A stretch of DNA of 64,000 nt from Tubulanus polymorphus (taxonomy: Eukaryota > Animalia > Nemertea). Location: assembly GCF_964204645.1 (NCBI RefSeq), contig NC_134032.1, positions 6,312,275 through 6,376,274 on the forward strand. The letters are read 5' to 3'. Below are positions 1 through 13,508 of this stretch, piece by piece. The notes under the pieces are model-generated. The model saw only the letters and a program-made list of their open reading frames with translations, had not been told where the DNA came from and made no database searches. Made by a program: the position numbers and the translations under genes. Numbering within the stretch: the first letter of the stretch is position 1; each line of letters begins with the position of its first letter.

Positions 1-355
1 TCAACTGGTCCGGCGTGTTTGGTAATCGAGTGAACTATAAAAGCGTTCAGCGCCTTTTGTACTTATCGTCGCGTATTGCATTGCAACACTGATTTTGTAT
101 CTACTACGATGTGTATCCATTTATTCTATCGACCTTTTTTTAGTGAGCATTCATCGGTGCATTTTAAGGCTCGACCCGTAATACATGAGATGCTGATTGT
201 TATAGAATGAGGATGTGCCACAATGGAAATAGCCATTACCTTCCAAAATATAGGCCTAATAGTCGTTCATGGGTTCAAGATCGCTCTAAGTGGACGGAAA
301 ACGCTTTAAATTTCTAAAATTTTCTTGGGGGAGGGCCCCCATACCCCCACAATTG

Positions 356-1030
356 AATATGAACTGCAAATTAATTCAAAACATCACAAAAATACCTGTG
401 TTTATATAGTTTATTTAGCCGTTATAAAGTTCCGATAAACAATTGGCTGTTAAGCCATGGATCAGTATCAGGATCAGTATCGGTCGCGACGCTTTTCTGT
501 AAAAAACAGGGGATGAAATGCCAGGCCTCGGCTGTACTAAAATTTTCAACCAGAAAGTTGGGACGATCACATGACATTCTGATGACGTCATCGTGTTTAA
601 AACTTTAACATGAAAAGTTAACATATTCACAGACCGATATTCATTGTCAGATTTGAATCATATAAAATTAATAAATAACTTAAATAGAATAAATTATTAT
701 CAAATATATAATTCCTTGACAAAAATGCATTTGAATGTAAGTTATTCTCATATATTTTTCGTATTATAGTTTTCACCTTAGATGCTTCAGGTTCGCGTTC
801 AGTCAGAGAAGCGTCAAGACAAGTGACTTGACTGTCCCAACTTTCTGGCTGGCATGACTTGAAAGGCATTTCATCCCTTGTAGTTTTATATAGTAAAGCG
901 TCGCGACTGCCTGATACTGATCCTTAACAGCCAATTGTTTATAAGAGCTATATAGCAGATAAATAAACAATAAACACAACAAGGTATTTCTGACTCAGTG
1001 ATATTTTGCAGTTTCTTTGCAGTTCATATT
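356..1030. mobile_element. MITE/foldback element with long imperfect terminal inverted repeats (~230 bp arms)
   Basis: Collinear inverted blocks: AATATGAACTGCAAA(356)/TTTGCAGTTCATATT(1016-1030); AAACAATTGGCTGTTAAG/CTTAACAGCCAATTGTTT; GGATCAGTATCAGG/CCTGATACTGATCC; GGGATGAAATGCC/GGCATTTCATCCC; CCAGAAAGTTGGGAC/GTCCCAACTTTCTGG. The spacer is AT-rich. No clear TSD. Confidence 0.75.
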
Positions 1031-1798
1031 TAGCACCATTCTCGCGAGATTATCAACCACTCTGAAAAAAAATCCAAGCCCATGGCCAAACCCCTGTGGC
1101 AGTCATCGTTTATTTCGGGATCAGTGACAAAATGACTCGTCACGTCAAGTGACCAAAATAGGTCTCGCATACGATTTCATAACTAACAATCGCCGTCGCT
1201 TTAAAGTGAAATTCTGATGGAATGAACCAACCTAGAACCCTCAGATTTCACTGAGATACGCAGAGAACAGTTTATAAGAGGATAAGCTTACCGACATCGG
1301 CGTCGAACGGGGTCGTCGCGTTGAAAAGTGGCATTTTAAAACCTATTTGCTTAGTATTTTCACCGATTCATTAATGAAACCAGGAAGTAACTGTGTATTG
1401 CGCATGTACGGAAGTAAATTACGTCAAGTAATGTTTATAGGCGGCAGCACGTACCGGTACGGAAGAAACGGGTCGCTCCGACTATTGAACGACCTGCGGG
1501 TCGCTGTGTTTTGATTTTTTTGTTTATTGCGTCATTTAAATCTGTCACTAAACCCAATTGGATCGTTCATTTAACAGCAGTATTATGTACCGTGGAATGG
1601 ATTTACTTAATCAAAAACTGAAAGAAAATTGCCCCCATCTACAAAGGGGCTCTTTGGTTTTGACCGTGTAGGCCTACTAAAATCATTAGCTTCGAATTTA
1701 GATATACGCCAGGCGGCATCGATCCAGCATTCAGTGACTACAGCACAGTGAAAAAAGGGCACCAACTTTGAAAAGGGCCTGTATTAATGGCCAGCGAG

Positions 1799-1897
1799 CG
1801 AGTTTGAGATTGAGTGCCAATCAATTTATTGGGTATCATGCCACTGAGTTTGACTTTGAGTGCCAATTAATTTATTGGTATCATGCCACTAAATTTG
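1799..1897. repeat. ~46-bp tandem duplication
   Basis: TTGAGTGCCAAT(C/T)AATTTATTGG(G)TATCATGCCACT occurs twice head-to-tail. Confidence 0.7.
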
Positions 1898-3042
1898 CCT
1901 CCACATTCAATTTGCTTGTGCCTTTTTAGGTTTTTGGCGAAGTTTGCCCTTTTTCGATTAGATTCATAGAGCCGGTACCGTATTATAGTTACCGGGGGTA
2001 TATACAGGCGCGCGGATCCAGACTATCGCACGCAGCACGTGCGGTTTAAGTCGCAGTTTTCAAATGCCCTTGAAAAATTTTTGTTTCGGTTAAAAAGTAA
2101 ATAAAAGGGCACATAATTTGTGCGCCATAAAGAATAATTGCCTTTCTGTACTAGGACTAAAGCAAAATGTGAATGAAAATGAATTGCCCAAAATCAAAAA
2201 AGGCAACCTAAGGCATTTTCCTTCACTCAAAAGGGCAATATTATAAAAGAGACATTATTGTAAATGAAAGTGCCGTGGAAAGTGTGCCGATGTTAAGAAG
2301 TGCCCTTTTTGTCTCAGTTTATATCATAAAAAGTTCTAAAGTCTGCCAATCTTTGCTCTTAATTCGCTGAGGGTCGCATCCCGTCTATGAAGGGTGGAAC
2401 AAACTTCTTTCGAGGCCTGCCGTTTAAGGGTCTGTGTCTCCTCGTGGAGGCCAGATAACTGGATAACTCGATACAGTCCATACTAGAAATGATAAATAGT
2501 TCAAAACATGAGTTGGCTGCAACGACAAGACTAAATGGCGGGAATTTTATACATTCAGATACCACCCGAATCATGCATGGTGGGTGGTCCCAAGCATACC
2601 ATCATGAGATGCAAGGGAGTCTGAAATCCTAGTCACCACCAGTTTCGAATGATGACATACCGTCTACTAAGAGTAAGAAAATATATACACGTTATATACA
2701 AGGGTATATCTATATATAGGATTTAACCCTTTAATTCAAGGTACAAGCCCATTTCCAACCAGTAGCCCTTCTTCACGTTAACCCGGGACCGAACTTCGCG
2801 ACATTTCTGGTAATTTTGGATCAGTTGTACATCAAAAATTTTGCTCTGCTCTATCTTGTCCGAGGCGACTGGGGGTCCTATAGCTGTGTTTGGACCCACC
2901 AACGGGTCTGAGCCCATATTTTGGTTGGCTAGCGAATCATCATTGTTGACTGTACATGAATTTATGAACTGACTAGGGCGCCTGATCCCTACTCTGGGCC
3001 TGAGTCGTCTGTGCCCATCAGTGTTTAGCCTGCCTGTAATGT

Positions 3043-5737
3043 TCAAAGGCCCAGGCTCGGGGCGGTTTTGAGTAGGAGGCTCGCGATGGTTTTGGGTAAG
3101 GCTGTTACAAAAGGTTCTTGAATAACCGCCGTTGTTTCGGGCTTTGCCCGTGTACAGACACAGTCTTCATCTTCCTCCCCCTCGTCGTTGTTGAGAGTTG
3201 GTCGCTCCTCGGGTTCGGTCATTTTAACCGGTTCCTGTCTAGGTTTTTTATGACCTATGGTCACGGTCTCACTAGACAGGAAGCACGGTTTCATATCATT
3301 GAAGTGCACAACCTGCTTTCTCTTCACCGCCCTCGGATTGGCGCCTGGTTCCAAGACAACCCTGTAATTCACCTCCGATAGTCTGTCGGTCACGACGTAA
3401 GGCCCTTTTCATTTCCGGTGGAACTTAGATGCCTCGTCCTTTTTCAAAAAGCGGCTCATCAGTCACACGCGATCTCCGACCTTGTAACCCCTGCGCTTTG
3501 CGAAACGGTCATAGTCAATTTTCTGACGCCTTTGTGCCATCACTAGTCGATCAAGAAGGCAATACCATACTTAGTCAGTCCTTAGTTGGTGGTCCTCGGA
3601 CAAGCATACGCTGATGTCGATTGGTAGTGACATTTGCTCGGCGTGCATCAAGTAATACGGCGTTTCAAGAGTGGAGTGCAGGACGCTTGAACGAAATGCC
3701 ATCAAACACGCAGGGAGTTCTTCGTCCCAGTTCGTTCCACATTCATTGACGGCCGTGGTCAGCTTGGCTTTCAGGGACTTATTGAAATGTTCCATCTGCC
3801 CATTTCCCATAGGATGGTAGGCAGTGGTTCTGGTCTTTTCAATAGCCAAGATCCTACACATCTCCATGAAGACTTTCGACTCAAAGTTAGCACCTTTGTC
3901 CGAGTGGATGGATTCAGGGCAGCCATAACGGATGACCCACTCGTTCACAAGGACACGTGCCACCACGGAGGCCTTTTCCGTGCGAATTGGTCATGCTTCG
4001 GGTCACTTAGTGAATGCATCTTGAGCGACTAGAATGTAGACGTTGCCGCGGCGGGTTCTCGGTAGTGGGCCCACGATGTCTACATGTACACGCTGGAAGC
4101 GTCGCCCTACATCATTGGGGCTTTTGGTAGTTTGGACGGGGGGCAAGTTTTGCAGCCCTGGACAAAATCCCTGACCCTAGCTAAGAGGCCCAATACCCAG
4201 AATCTTTCCCTAATTTTACACTCTGTCCTTTGGTACCAAAATGTTTCCTCGCAAATCCCTGCTGTGTGACTATGGTTCCATCAGTCAGTGAAATGGGTAG
4301 TACCACTCTGTCTCGTTGAGGTAGCCGCCGGAAGTGGTTTAAGCACACCGCTGTAGCTGTTTCCTGTCCTTGATCCCATCTCCGGCCAAAAACTCCCTAA
4401 TTTCTAATATTTAGGGGTAATTTACTTGTGCCTCGATTATATTGTCCCTGGACATATAACGGGGTACGCAGTCAAATCGCCTTGATGTTTCGCAGTCACC
4501 TGGTGTATAGTTGGACCAGTGTCACCACAAGTTGAGCAGTCCCCATGTTTCCTCTGTCTCTTAGGGATGCGAGACAGGGCGTCTGCATTCAAATGCTTGC
4601 TTCCAGCTCGATGTTCGATCACGAAATCATATTCCGACAGACGTTCAAGCCACTTGACCCTCAGGGTTTTGAAGGCTTGTAGCCACTTGAGTGCTGCGTG
4701 GTCTGTGCGAACTTTGAACATCCTGCCTATTAAAAATGGTGGCAGAAGTGATCGATCATGTCAACCAAGACCAACATTCCGCGCCTGGTGGCGCCTGGTG
4801 GCGCAGTAGTTCTCCTCTCCACCTTTCAGTGTGCGGCTACTGTACTCGATCACTCTCTCAGAACCATCCCGTTGTAACTGTGACAGCACCCCTCCGAAAT
4901 CCGGGAATGCCAGGATAGGGGAGCTGGTCAGTTTTTCTTTCAGTTCGTCAAACGCTAGTTGTTGTTTGGGCGTCCGGACGAATGGTTCGTTTATCCTTGT
5001 AAGACGGTGTAGCGGGGCTGTCATTTCGGCGGAATCCTTGATGAATTGCGAGTTATATGTCACGAGACCAAGGAAGAGCTACGCAATTCGGTAACTGACG
5101 TTGGGGTCGGCCAATCTCTGACTCTATCGCATTTGGCACGGGCGGTATCGACACCGGCCTCGCTTACTACATGCCCCATAAACTTGAGGCGCCGTTGGAA
5201 AAGCGAGCATTTCCTCGGTTTGAGCTTGAGACCGGCTTTCTGGAATCAACGAAATACCTCTTCAGGTAACCGCGTCAGATGGGTTGGTAAATCATGACTA
5301 AACACCACCACATCATCCAGGTAGATAAGGTATGTTTTCCACGCAACATCGTCCAGTACCATCACCATCAGTCTGCTGAATGATGCCGGGCATTACAGAC
5401 CCCAAACGGCATGACATTCCATTCAAACAGATGGTTTTCAGTCGTGAACGCAGTCTTATGCTTATCTGATTCCTTTATCGGGCCCTGCCAGTATCCGCTG
5501 GTCAAATCAAGGGACGAGAACCAGGTCGCGCCTAATAAGGCCTCAAGGGTCTATCCTACCTAACGGGTGAGCGTCTTTGACTGTTGCGTCATTGAGTCGG
5601 CAGTAATCGCGGCATAAGCTAACGGAACCATCGGCATTTTTCGCTAGAACTATTGGGCTTGACCACGGGCAGGTGGGTGGCCGGATCAATAGTCTGATTT
5701 TTTGAACACCCTGCAAGCATTCACGCGTTTGGAACAA
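3043..5737 (-). mobile_element. Degenerate Ty3/Gypsy LTR-retrotransposon pol remnant (RT-RNaseH-integrase), 5'-truncated
   Basis: Motifs spread across frameshifts: PWSSPIVL..K.DGS...C.DY.RLN..T.KDAHPL; FSSLDLTSGYWQ; YLDD at 5323-5312; RNaseH TDHAALKWL...RWLERLSEYDF.IEHRAG..H.NADALSR-like; integrase YGCPESIHSDKGANFES...TTAYHPMGNGQMEHFN; GPY motif near 3400. The RT-RH-IN order is Gypsy-type. No gag, protease or paired LTRs found. Confidence 0.93.
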
Positions 5738-7576
5738 CAGAAAAAAATTAACAGCCTAGATGCCGCAATTGTTGACCGATTCATCAGGGGAAAACAGCTT
5801 AGAGACTGCTACAGTTGATCAATTTTCTACACTTTGTAAACATTGTCTCTTATATCATTCTTATAGATATGATTGTGGCCTCGATATTTCTAACGCATTT
5901 ACCAAAAACCCTGTAACTGGCGGTGAATTTCAGGGTGGCGGCATTTGAGGCTTTGCCTCATTCTAGTTGATTTTTATGTAACTAAAGGAGATACGATTTG
6001 GTACTATTAGTATGATTAGTCAGTATAACATAGTCGAAAAATAAAGACACTTATTTACAAGGTACACATTTTATATATCGCTCTCCATATAATTTCTAAA
6101 TAATTTATTCTAATTGCCAAGGGAACGATAGTTGAATTCAACGTCCCTATAAAACCAGGTCCAATAAGCCTACTGGCGCGCACGATGCGATTTTAAGTCG
6201 CTGGTTGCGGCGACCGGTTCTGCAAGCAACCGTTGAGCAATCGATCGGCGTCTCTCGTGTGCTATCACTGGAGATGGAGAGGCGATTATCTTTCTTTAAA
6301 CGAATTGACACCAACCACATCATCTTTAGCTCAAATTATTACGACCTCCACCAAGAGGATTATAATTTGTGAGGGTTATTAATGAGAGTTGACTTTTTAT
6401 GTAGGCCTTAGCTAAATTTTGTCCAAAATAACAATAGTTATGAACGGGTTGTTTTCAAATTTTCTCTATCAGCAAGTGCCCAGGATACATTGAGGGTGGC
6501 AATCAGAGTGATGGTTATTCATATGGTCATCTTATCTTCTTCCTCGCTGTACAACCTCACCGTAACCCTCACAAATAACGTTTTCGGTGTTGGTACTTCG
6601 GAGTATGAGGACTTGGAAGTATTGAGACTAAATTTAACAACAATTGCGGAGTAACGGGACTTCGGAGTAATGAGACGACCCCGTTTAACCAACCATATTT
6701 CACCAGTATCGAGCTATTTCTTCTTGACTAACATAACAGCTGTCTTCACAGCAATAGATAAAATATAGAGTAAACTTATGAATATAATGTACGCACACAT
6801 AGAGGCAGTTTCAACTAGTTTTTAATTATCTTGGCAAATGCACAATAAGATGGCGCGAAAGATTGTGAGGCATCGATGAACCAAATAAAGTAAATTTAAC
6901 ACGCATAAAACGCCTTTACAATAAAATTGAGCCAAAACTATGAAACTGAATTATGTATTTCGAAATAAGCATACGTAACTTGACATAGCTTATCATTTAA
7001 CCTCTAAAACATTTCCAGTAACTGGTTAATCACATTGGTTACCAAATTCGAGCGGTACAGTTTTCCATATGTGGCGAAATACACCCGGAAGTGTCGTGAC
7101 AAAAACATTCCAAAACACACGAAGTGCCGTTTTGAACGTAACTGTGCCATTTTTGAAATCACTGCTCGACATAAATCGACGACGAAAGTCCACAGTACTG
7201 CTTTAAAGCAGTGTATACAATAAAAATTACTTTAAAAGATGTTCAAACTTTACTCATATCCGCGCATCATCGTAGAATCCTCACTTGCCATAGTAAAAGA
7301 AGTTAGTAAAAGTGGTGCCGGTATCCAATAACGTCACTGTTATTTTTGACAGGTAAATAGGCTACGTCGCGAATGATAAGAAAACGAGTTACGTGGTTCG
7401 AGCTTGTTATCAGACTTTATAAGTTCAATCGATCGATAAGGAAATCAAAATGGCAGTAGCTGGTCACAATATCTAAGTATACACGTCTATATATTGAAAA
7501 CGAAATAAGAATCGAAAGCAGATATTCTGAAGTTTCTCTGATGGATTTACAAATAGTGTTTGGTCATTTTTAGAAA

Positions 7577-7634
7577 ATGAAAATTTGCTTTAAACTCGTG
7601 TTTTCGTTGTATTTCATGTTGGGCTCGTCACACG
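7577..7634 (+). CDS. MAM-TM gene coding exon 1 (signal peptide)
   Basis: ttttag|aaaATG...CACG|gtaaga; translates MKICFKLVFSLYFMLGSSH(G). Confidence 0.65.
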
Positions 7635-10600
7635 GTAAGAATGCGCGCAGATTGCGACGAAGTACACATGACGCTACACTCTTTTCGCAGTGGTTGTCAT
7701 GATAATCCAGTACTACAATATTCAATCCTTCATTCAGTAATGTAGAACTGGTATTCTATATTATCATTATCATGGCTGTAATAAGATCGGCGTGTGTGTA
7801 CATGCCGCTGGCGACAACTTTGAATAAAGAAACTCATTATATGGAAAATCGTACTATAAACGTGTTTATGTAGGCTAGTTTAGAAATGAGTCGGAGATCG
7901 TAAATTTTTACATCGTATAATTGTGAGTTTCGTGTTATCGTGATTGTACTAAGCAAACATTTTTATAGGAAAATTCTATAAGAAAAGCTGGGATTCTTAA
8001 ACTCATCGTATTACTGAGGTTTTCGTTGTAAGCCGAATCGTACTAACGAGGTTCGACTGTATAGATACATTTTAATCCTCAATTTAAGTAACCCCAATCC
8101 CTATTCATTCAGTTGCCCCTACATGAACCCAGCAAACCTGGCGGGAACGATGCAGGGAATAAAACTTCTTAGTTTAGTGCGCCTCTTATTAACACAGCAC
8201 ACCCACCGGCAGTGATACAGTGGTTAAAGATTTGAAATCGGAGACCAAAATATTTCCAAAATATTTCAGATAAATGGCACGAATTTAGAAAGCTTTTTGT
8301 GTTAGTTGAGGCAGATAATTGAAAATTTCGTAATACATGTAAGTCATTTTTGCAGCGTCGATACCCAAAGATAATCACATCTATTGGCAATGTGATTTTG
8401 AAAATATGATAGGCTGGCCTCTCACCACCGGTTGCAATATTGAAAGGATGATTGGGGCTAAAGTGGTAGAGGCGGGTTCTTTTGACGACTACCCCATAAT
8501 TGATTCGAGCAATAGCCGTAAGTAGATTTTAGTACTTTATCAACGTATTTTTTCAATATACGAGTTTTTAAAAGACAATTGATAATAATCGAATATCATC
8601 ATTCCTTGGAACCTCGGTATAACGACCGATACCGATTAATCAGTTAGGCCTATTATTTCAAACCTTGAAATTCGTCTAGAATTTTTGATTCATACTGGAT
8701 ATAATGAACTATCGTTTAGGTTACACCAAAAGAAAAGCCCAGTTTCTAGTGCCCGACCGACCCGATATTTCGTCATTTCAACTAGCCTAGCTATTGCAAC
8801 ATTTTGGATGAAATAACTTTTTTTCAGAAATATATACATGTACATGTATATGTGGCCGACTGCAAAGCTCTTCATTCTCGAAATATCATTTTCTTTCTAC
8901 CTAACCAAAGCGCGATGTCAACACTGAGATCGACATCATAGATACCGGTATATTCTACCAATTGGATTCAACAATATGACGATGGAAATGGTACGGCTGT
9001 GCTTGATGGCGACCTTCGATTGAACAATTCCTTGACCGCCGTGCTAATTAACACTAAACTGGAAATTTGGTCCTGTAGAAAATTATTTACGGAGACCTAC
9101 TCACCGTCATAAAAATATTCGAATTTTTTTTTCTATAAGAAGAAAAACTGCCAACCTACCTACTTTATTATTTATATGACTGAATTAATTAAAGCCCACA
9201 TGGACTGTTACAAAAAATGCTTTGCACAATTACGACAAAAACGGTTATTTACACTGTGGAATCTTATATAAGCGGACTATGTTAAGAAATTATGTTCAAG
9301 TGTCAGAAAAGTGGGGGAGGGGGATTATTTTGTCCAATAATCTAGATTTTATTTATCACTTAAGAAAACTAGGGTCGGTCGGTGGGACAAAGGCCTGTGA
9401 ATTTTTTGTGCTAAAAAGTCGAAATTATGGCTGGATTTTTTGTCTCTTACATCTGACAGGATTTTCGTTTATTTTTACGCAAGCATATTTCGAGTCATCG
9501 ATCTATGTTAAGGATGAACAGTGTATCTTTTTAAGAAAGCATCAATTTATTTTGACCTAAAACCTTTATAATTGTTGGAAATGTCATAGAACACACCACA
9601 CGCGAAACGCGAAACACGGTTTACCCACTGTTTTTGGTCTCCCCTCAGAAGTTTGATATTGAATTATACAATTTTTTGACCCATAATGTAACATATTCTG
9701 TTGTAATGAGTTGCGAAATATCTATCATGACATGCTCTTGAATAGGTTCCGATGATTATTGAGAGTGTCTAATTGTCATGCATTCCAACAAGTGGGGATA
9801 GTGTCCCTGGACCCGGTTTACGTATAACGGTTACATCTTAATCAGGTATTTTTCAGCCAGCGGTTCGTTCCTGGTGTTCAATTACCCGTACAGCAGTGTT
9901 CACTTCAGCGGACTCGCGATGACGTACGCACCCACCTGTCTTGTCTTTTCGTACAACATCTACGGATTGCAGGTTTACAATGCGCCGCAGATGAAGGTCA
10001 CTGCCGCTGGACAGAATTCGCTTGGTCCGACTACAATGTTGACTTCTGTAGGCGGCGCTGGTGATATCACTTCTGGTATGTGGGTGCAGAGAAGAGTAGA
10101 ACTACCATTCAGCAACATTCGCGATGACTTTACGGTAATCATGCTATACAAAACCTTGGCCAGTCAATTTATTCACTACCTTCAAAACTACCGTGGCAAT
10201 GAAGGGATTCCAATTGTGGCAAGCGAAAATTTGGCAGGGGTCACTATAGTGTCATATTCAACACTGGTCGGTGTTCACAGCTCTGCGGTTCAATGGTGAA
10301 TGGAGAGCAACAGAAAACAAACTTGGTCCTCGCCACCAAACCATAGCTTACATCACCAGCTCGTACCACAGCATACCAGTGGGAATAGTAGTAAACAGGT
10401 CTAACCGCGTTCACACTGAATCATAATTTCTCTCAAATCAATTTTTTGTTGAGGAAAGCTTTTACCAATAAGTCGAATAATGATTATGGTGTATTGCGGT
10501 GGTTCCTGATACGTATTTATATATATGATGGATTAGCTGATTTCATCGTCACCTCGTATGCAAATTCTACCTTCAGTTGGGGTTTGAAGTGCAGTGGCTG

Positions 10601-13508
10601 CAGCACCAATCGAACCGAGGGAGTGGTGTGGTGGCCATAGATGATGTATACCTTAAACTTGGATACTGCAATAGCCGACGACCAGGTAAGTTAGTTCAAA
10701 TGACCTGAATTTGTCAAACCCGTCACACATGCTCATCATAGCAGATACCAACGTTTTTATGATTTATTTAAATCTGAATTCAAATTATCATATCATCTTT
10801 GCGTCTCAAATAACTTTTAGATGAGATCTGCTCTAGTCAAATTAAGAACTAGTACATCTCATTATCTACCGTACTACGTAGCCGAAAAAGGCTGTCACCG
10901 CTCTATAAAACCAGAAAACCGCCTCAGTACGTTATGTAATTTAATGGGGTACCCGCAGTGCTACTTTGGCAATCGATAATTCCACCTATGGCAGGCGAGG
11001 CTCCACTAGGTTTGCTAGTGGATAGTTGGTCACTCAGCGTTCGATTTCCACTACATATCAATTAAATCTAAATGAAATAAAAACCGTTCTCTTTAGAGAC
11101 CGAATCTACAGGACGGTTTGACGGGTAGACAACATACACTCCAGTTAAATGATGACTGCACAGGACGTTGTCAGGTAGACACCCTACAAACCAGTTACCC
11201 GATGTAGATGATGACTGCATAGGGCGGTCGACAGGTAGACACCCTACACACCGGTTAGGTGATGACTTAACTGGGCGGTTGACATAGACATATAGGCAGA
11301 AATATGCACCTGTAAAGTGAACTGTACATGACGGTTCACTGTTGACGGTAGGCCCTGCACGCCAGTTAGGTTCCGCGTGACCGCATATACTAATAATCTT
11401 TTCTTCTGTTTCGAGGAAGTCTTTTACCTAATCAATTATTCCCAGGAATCAATTAATATTATATTCTATTATACTAACTAGCAGGAAACTCGTCCTCGAC
11501 AGGTTCGTTAATATTTTAACGATAGTTCATGTTCCACAGAGGGACAATCTCCCAACTGCCAATGGTATAAATCACTAATTCCCACACATCTTCTACACAC
11601 ATCTTCCAAATGGTAGCAATGGACGATGATGTTTTTATTATGGACTTTCGCTTTAGCGAAGTCCATTTTGCTATTGCACATGAAACTTTCTTCCTTCAGC
11701 TCAAAATAACCTCCGAACAAGGCTTAGTTTCTTTTTGGAACTCTCCAAACATTCAATGCAGTAATTAAAATCTCGAACCATATTGAATGAATGCGTTAAC
11801 TAATTATCAATTTAGTTTTATATTGGAACAGGGCCGGCGGAAGGATAAACACATTGGTCAGGCCACTTCTGCCAGAGTGTGGAGGTACTTGCGAGCGCGA
11901 AGCACTGATGGGGAGTGGGAGTCCTCTTTTTTTCAAAAGTTTTCGAAATGGGATGGCATGAGATTGAAATAAATCCCCTTCATCGGGACAAAATTCACGG
12001 CAAGATGATATTAGTTTTTATGCAAACTTTTGTATGATTATTGGCATTATTACGTCAAGAAGTGAAACATGATCGGCAAAGTTTTAGTCCGGCCAAGGCT
12101 GCCGCCCCGGTTCCGCCGGCCATGTGGAACTACATTTCGTTTCGGAAGAATACGTCATGCGCCGTCACGTATATGCGTGCTCCACACATGTGCGCATCAC
12201 AGACTCGCAGTGTGGTGTATTGATTTGTGCATGTATATGAAAAGTGCGCTCGCGTGATGTCCTAGTTAAAGTTTTCTTGGAAACTGCAAATGATTCGCTC
12301 CACTGCCAGGGTTCGTCGCATGCTGTGAAAGCAGTGAATTGAAGACTCCTGCCGTGAAAAGCAGCAGTGAATTTTATAGGACAGTGAATTTGGGAAAGGG
12401 GGCAGTGAATCTTGCTAGAAACCTTCCCAAGGATATTGAGAACCAAAGATTTGTCATCAACATTAAACAATCCATTTATCACCGTGATGTGTCCTAAAAA
12501 TCTTCCAACCAATTTATATATTTATCTAGATATACTTAGATCATAATTGAATGTAATATATACATGAGTGCCTTTTTTGTGTTTCGAAATGTCAATATCA
12601 TTCAAATCATCCACAACTTAATAATACGCAATGGATTTATGAAAAACATTGATAGCATTAAAAGGGGTGGAATAGCTGTCATACTCAGTTCTGGGTAACA
12701 GATTGACATGCTGCCTCCTCTACTCATAGTTAACTCTAGCTGTAGTCGACCCTCAGCCAGACATTGGTCGAATAACGCAATGTAACTCTACACACGCACT
12801 AATGCCGCATACTGGAGTAGCGCCACTGGTGGCTGATTGGGGCCGAAATATGAAACTCGTTCTCTAGCAATTTCTTTTTTAGATGTACGCTTTTCGTTTC
12901 AATTCAACGTTAATACGTACTGCCATTAAAATCAGTCTACTGGTATTAACGTAGCGTAAAAATGAAAAGCGTAAAACGCAAAAGAATTGGAGATCGAGTC
13001 TCATTTCTATAGTGTCCGAGCTATTCTACTTTTAGCTACAAACAGTACTTTTAGTCATAAAGTACTCAAAATTTATTCTATCATAATTAGTTTTGTCTAT
13101 TTCGCAGGAGCGGGTGATGACGGATTTTCAAGTGGCGAGGGTTCGTTCATGTTTTCAGCAGCGATTATCAGCGTTTGTGTTGTAGTTATAACTATAATCT
13201 GCATAGTGGGAATTATATATCGGCGCTGTCACCGCCTACGAGGCCAATGTCGGCGTGCACCACGCGGCCTCGAGCGCAGAAACGCTCTTTACGAAACCGG
13301 CGGACTTGAAACGGTCAGCGGGTATTTGAATAGCGAATATAGCTATGACGACGATGACGTCGCAGATCCGGTCACCAATAGCCGCCAATCGCGATCGCCG
13401 TCTGGTAGTCTGCCGCCCAGTTATGATACTGCTATGGAACAGACGACAGCTGAATGCGGTCATAGCCCTCCGCCTAGATACAGCTTCATCATGGACGGCC
13501 ATATATAG
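7577..13508 (+). CDS. Putative single-pass type I membrane protein with MAM-like ectodomain and cytoplasmic PPxY motifs (~316 aa; exons 7577-7634, 8413-8517, 9857-10134, 10577-10685, 13108-13508)
   Basis: All introns are GT..AG and the phases join in frame (1,1,0,1). N-terminal signal peptide MKICFKLVFSLYFMLGSSHG; MAM-like PTCLVFSYNIYG, WVQRRVEL and FTLGFEVQ...GSGVVAIDDVYLKLGYC; TM SAAIISVCVVVITIICIVGIIY followed by RR; tail LPPSY and PPPRY. Confidence 0.75.
8413..8517 (+). CDS. MAM-TM gene coding exon 2
   Basis: atag|GCTGG...AGCC|gtaagt; 105 nt, phase 1-1, open (WPLTTGCNIERMIGAKVVEAGSFDDYPIIDSSNS). Confidence 0.6.
9857..10134 (+). CDS. MAM-TM gene exon (MAM-like core)
   Basis: ttttcag|CC AGC...TTTACG|gtaatc; contains PTCLVFSYNIYG and GMWVQRRVELP. 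Confidence 0.78.
10577..10685 (+). CDS. MAM-TM gene exon (MAM C-terminus)
   Basis: ccttcag|TTG...CCAG|gtaagt; LGFEVQWLQHQSNRGSGVVAIDDVYLKLGYCNSRRP matches the MAM G.xAIDDx...G.C terminal motif. Confidence 0.82.
11108..11375. repeat. Degenerate ~50-bp minisatellite (4-5 units)
   Basis: Recurrent GGTAGACA(C/A)CCTACA..CCAGTTA..TGATGACT units. Confidence 0.65.
13108..13508 (+). CDS. MAM-TM gene last coding exon (TM helix and cytoplasmic tail)
   Basis: ttcgcag|GA GCG..., phase 1, to TAG at 13506-13508; 22-aa hydrophobic segment, basic stop-transfer, PPSY and PPRY motifs. Confidence 0.82.

Noticed and set aside
2359-3046. Possible 3' LTR or extra ORF of the Gypsy remnant
   Set aside because: No second LTR copy, TG..CA ends or clear PPT could be identified; the ORFs have no recognisable motifs.
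12987-13107. N-terminal part of ORF 12987..13508
   Set aside because: Intron read-through upstream of the acceptor at 13107.
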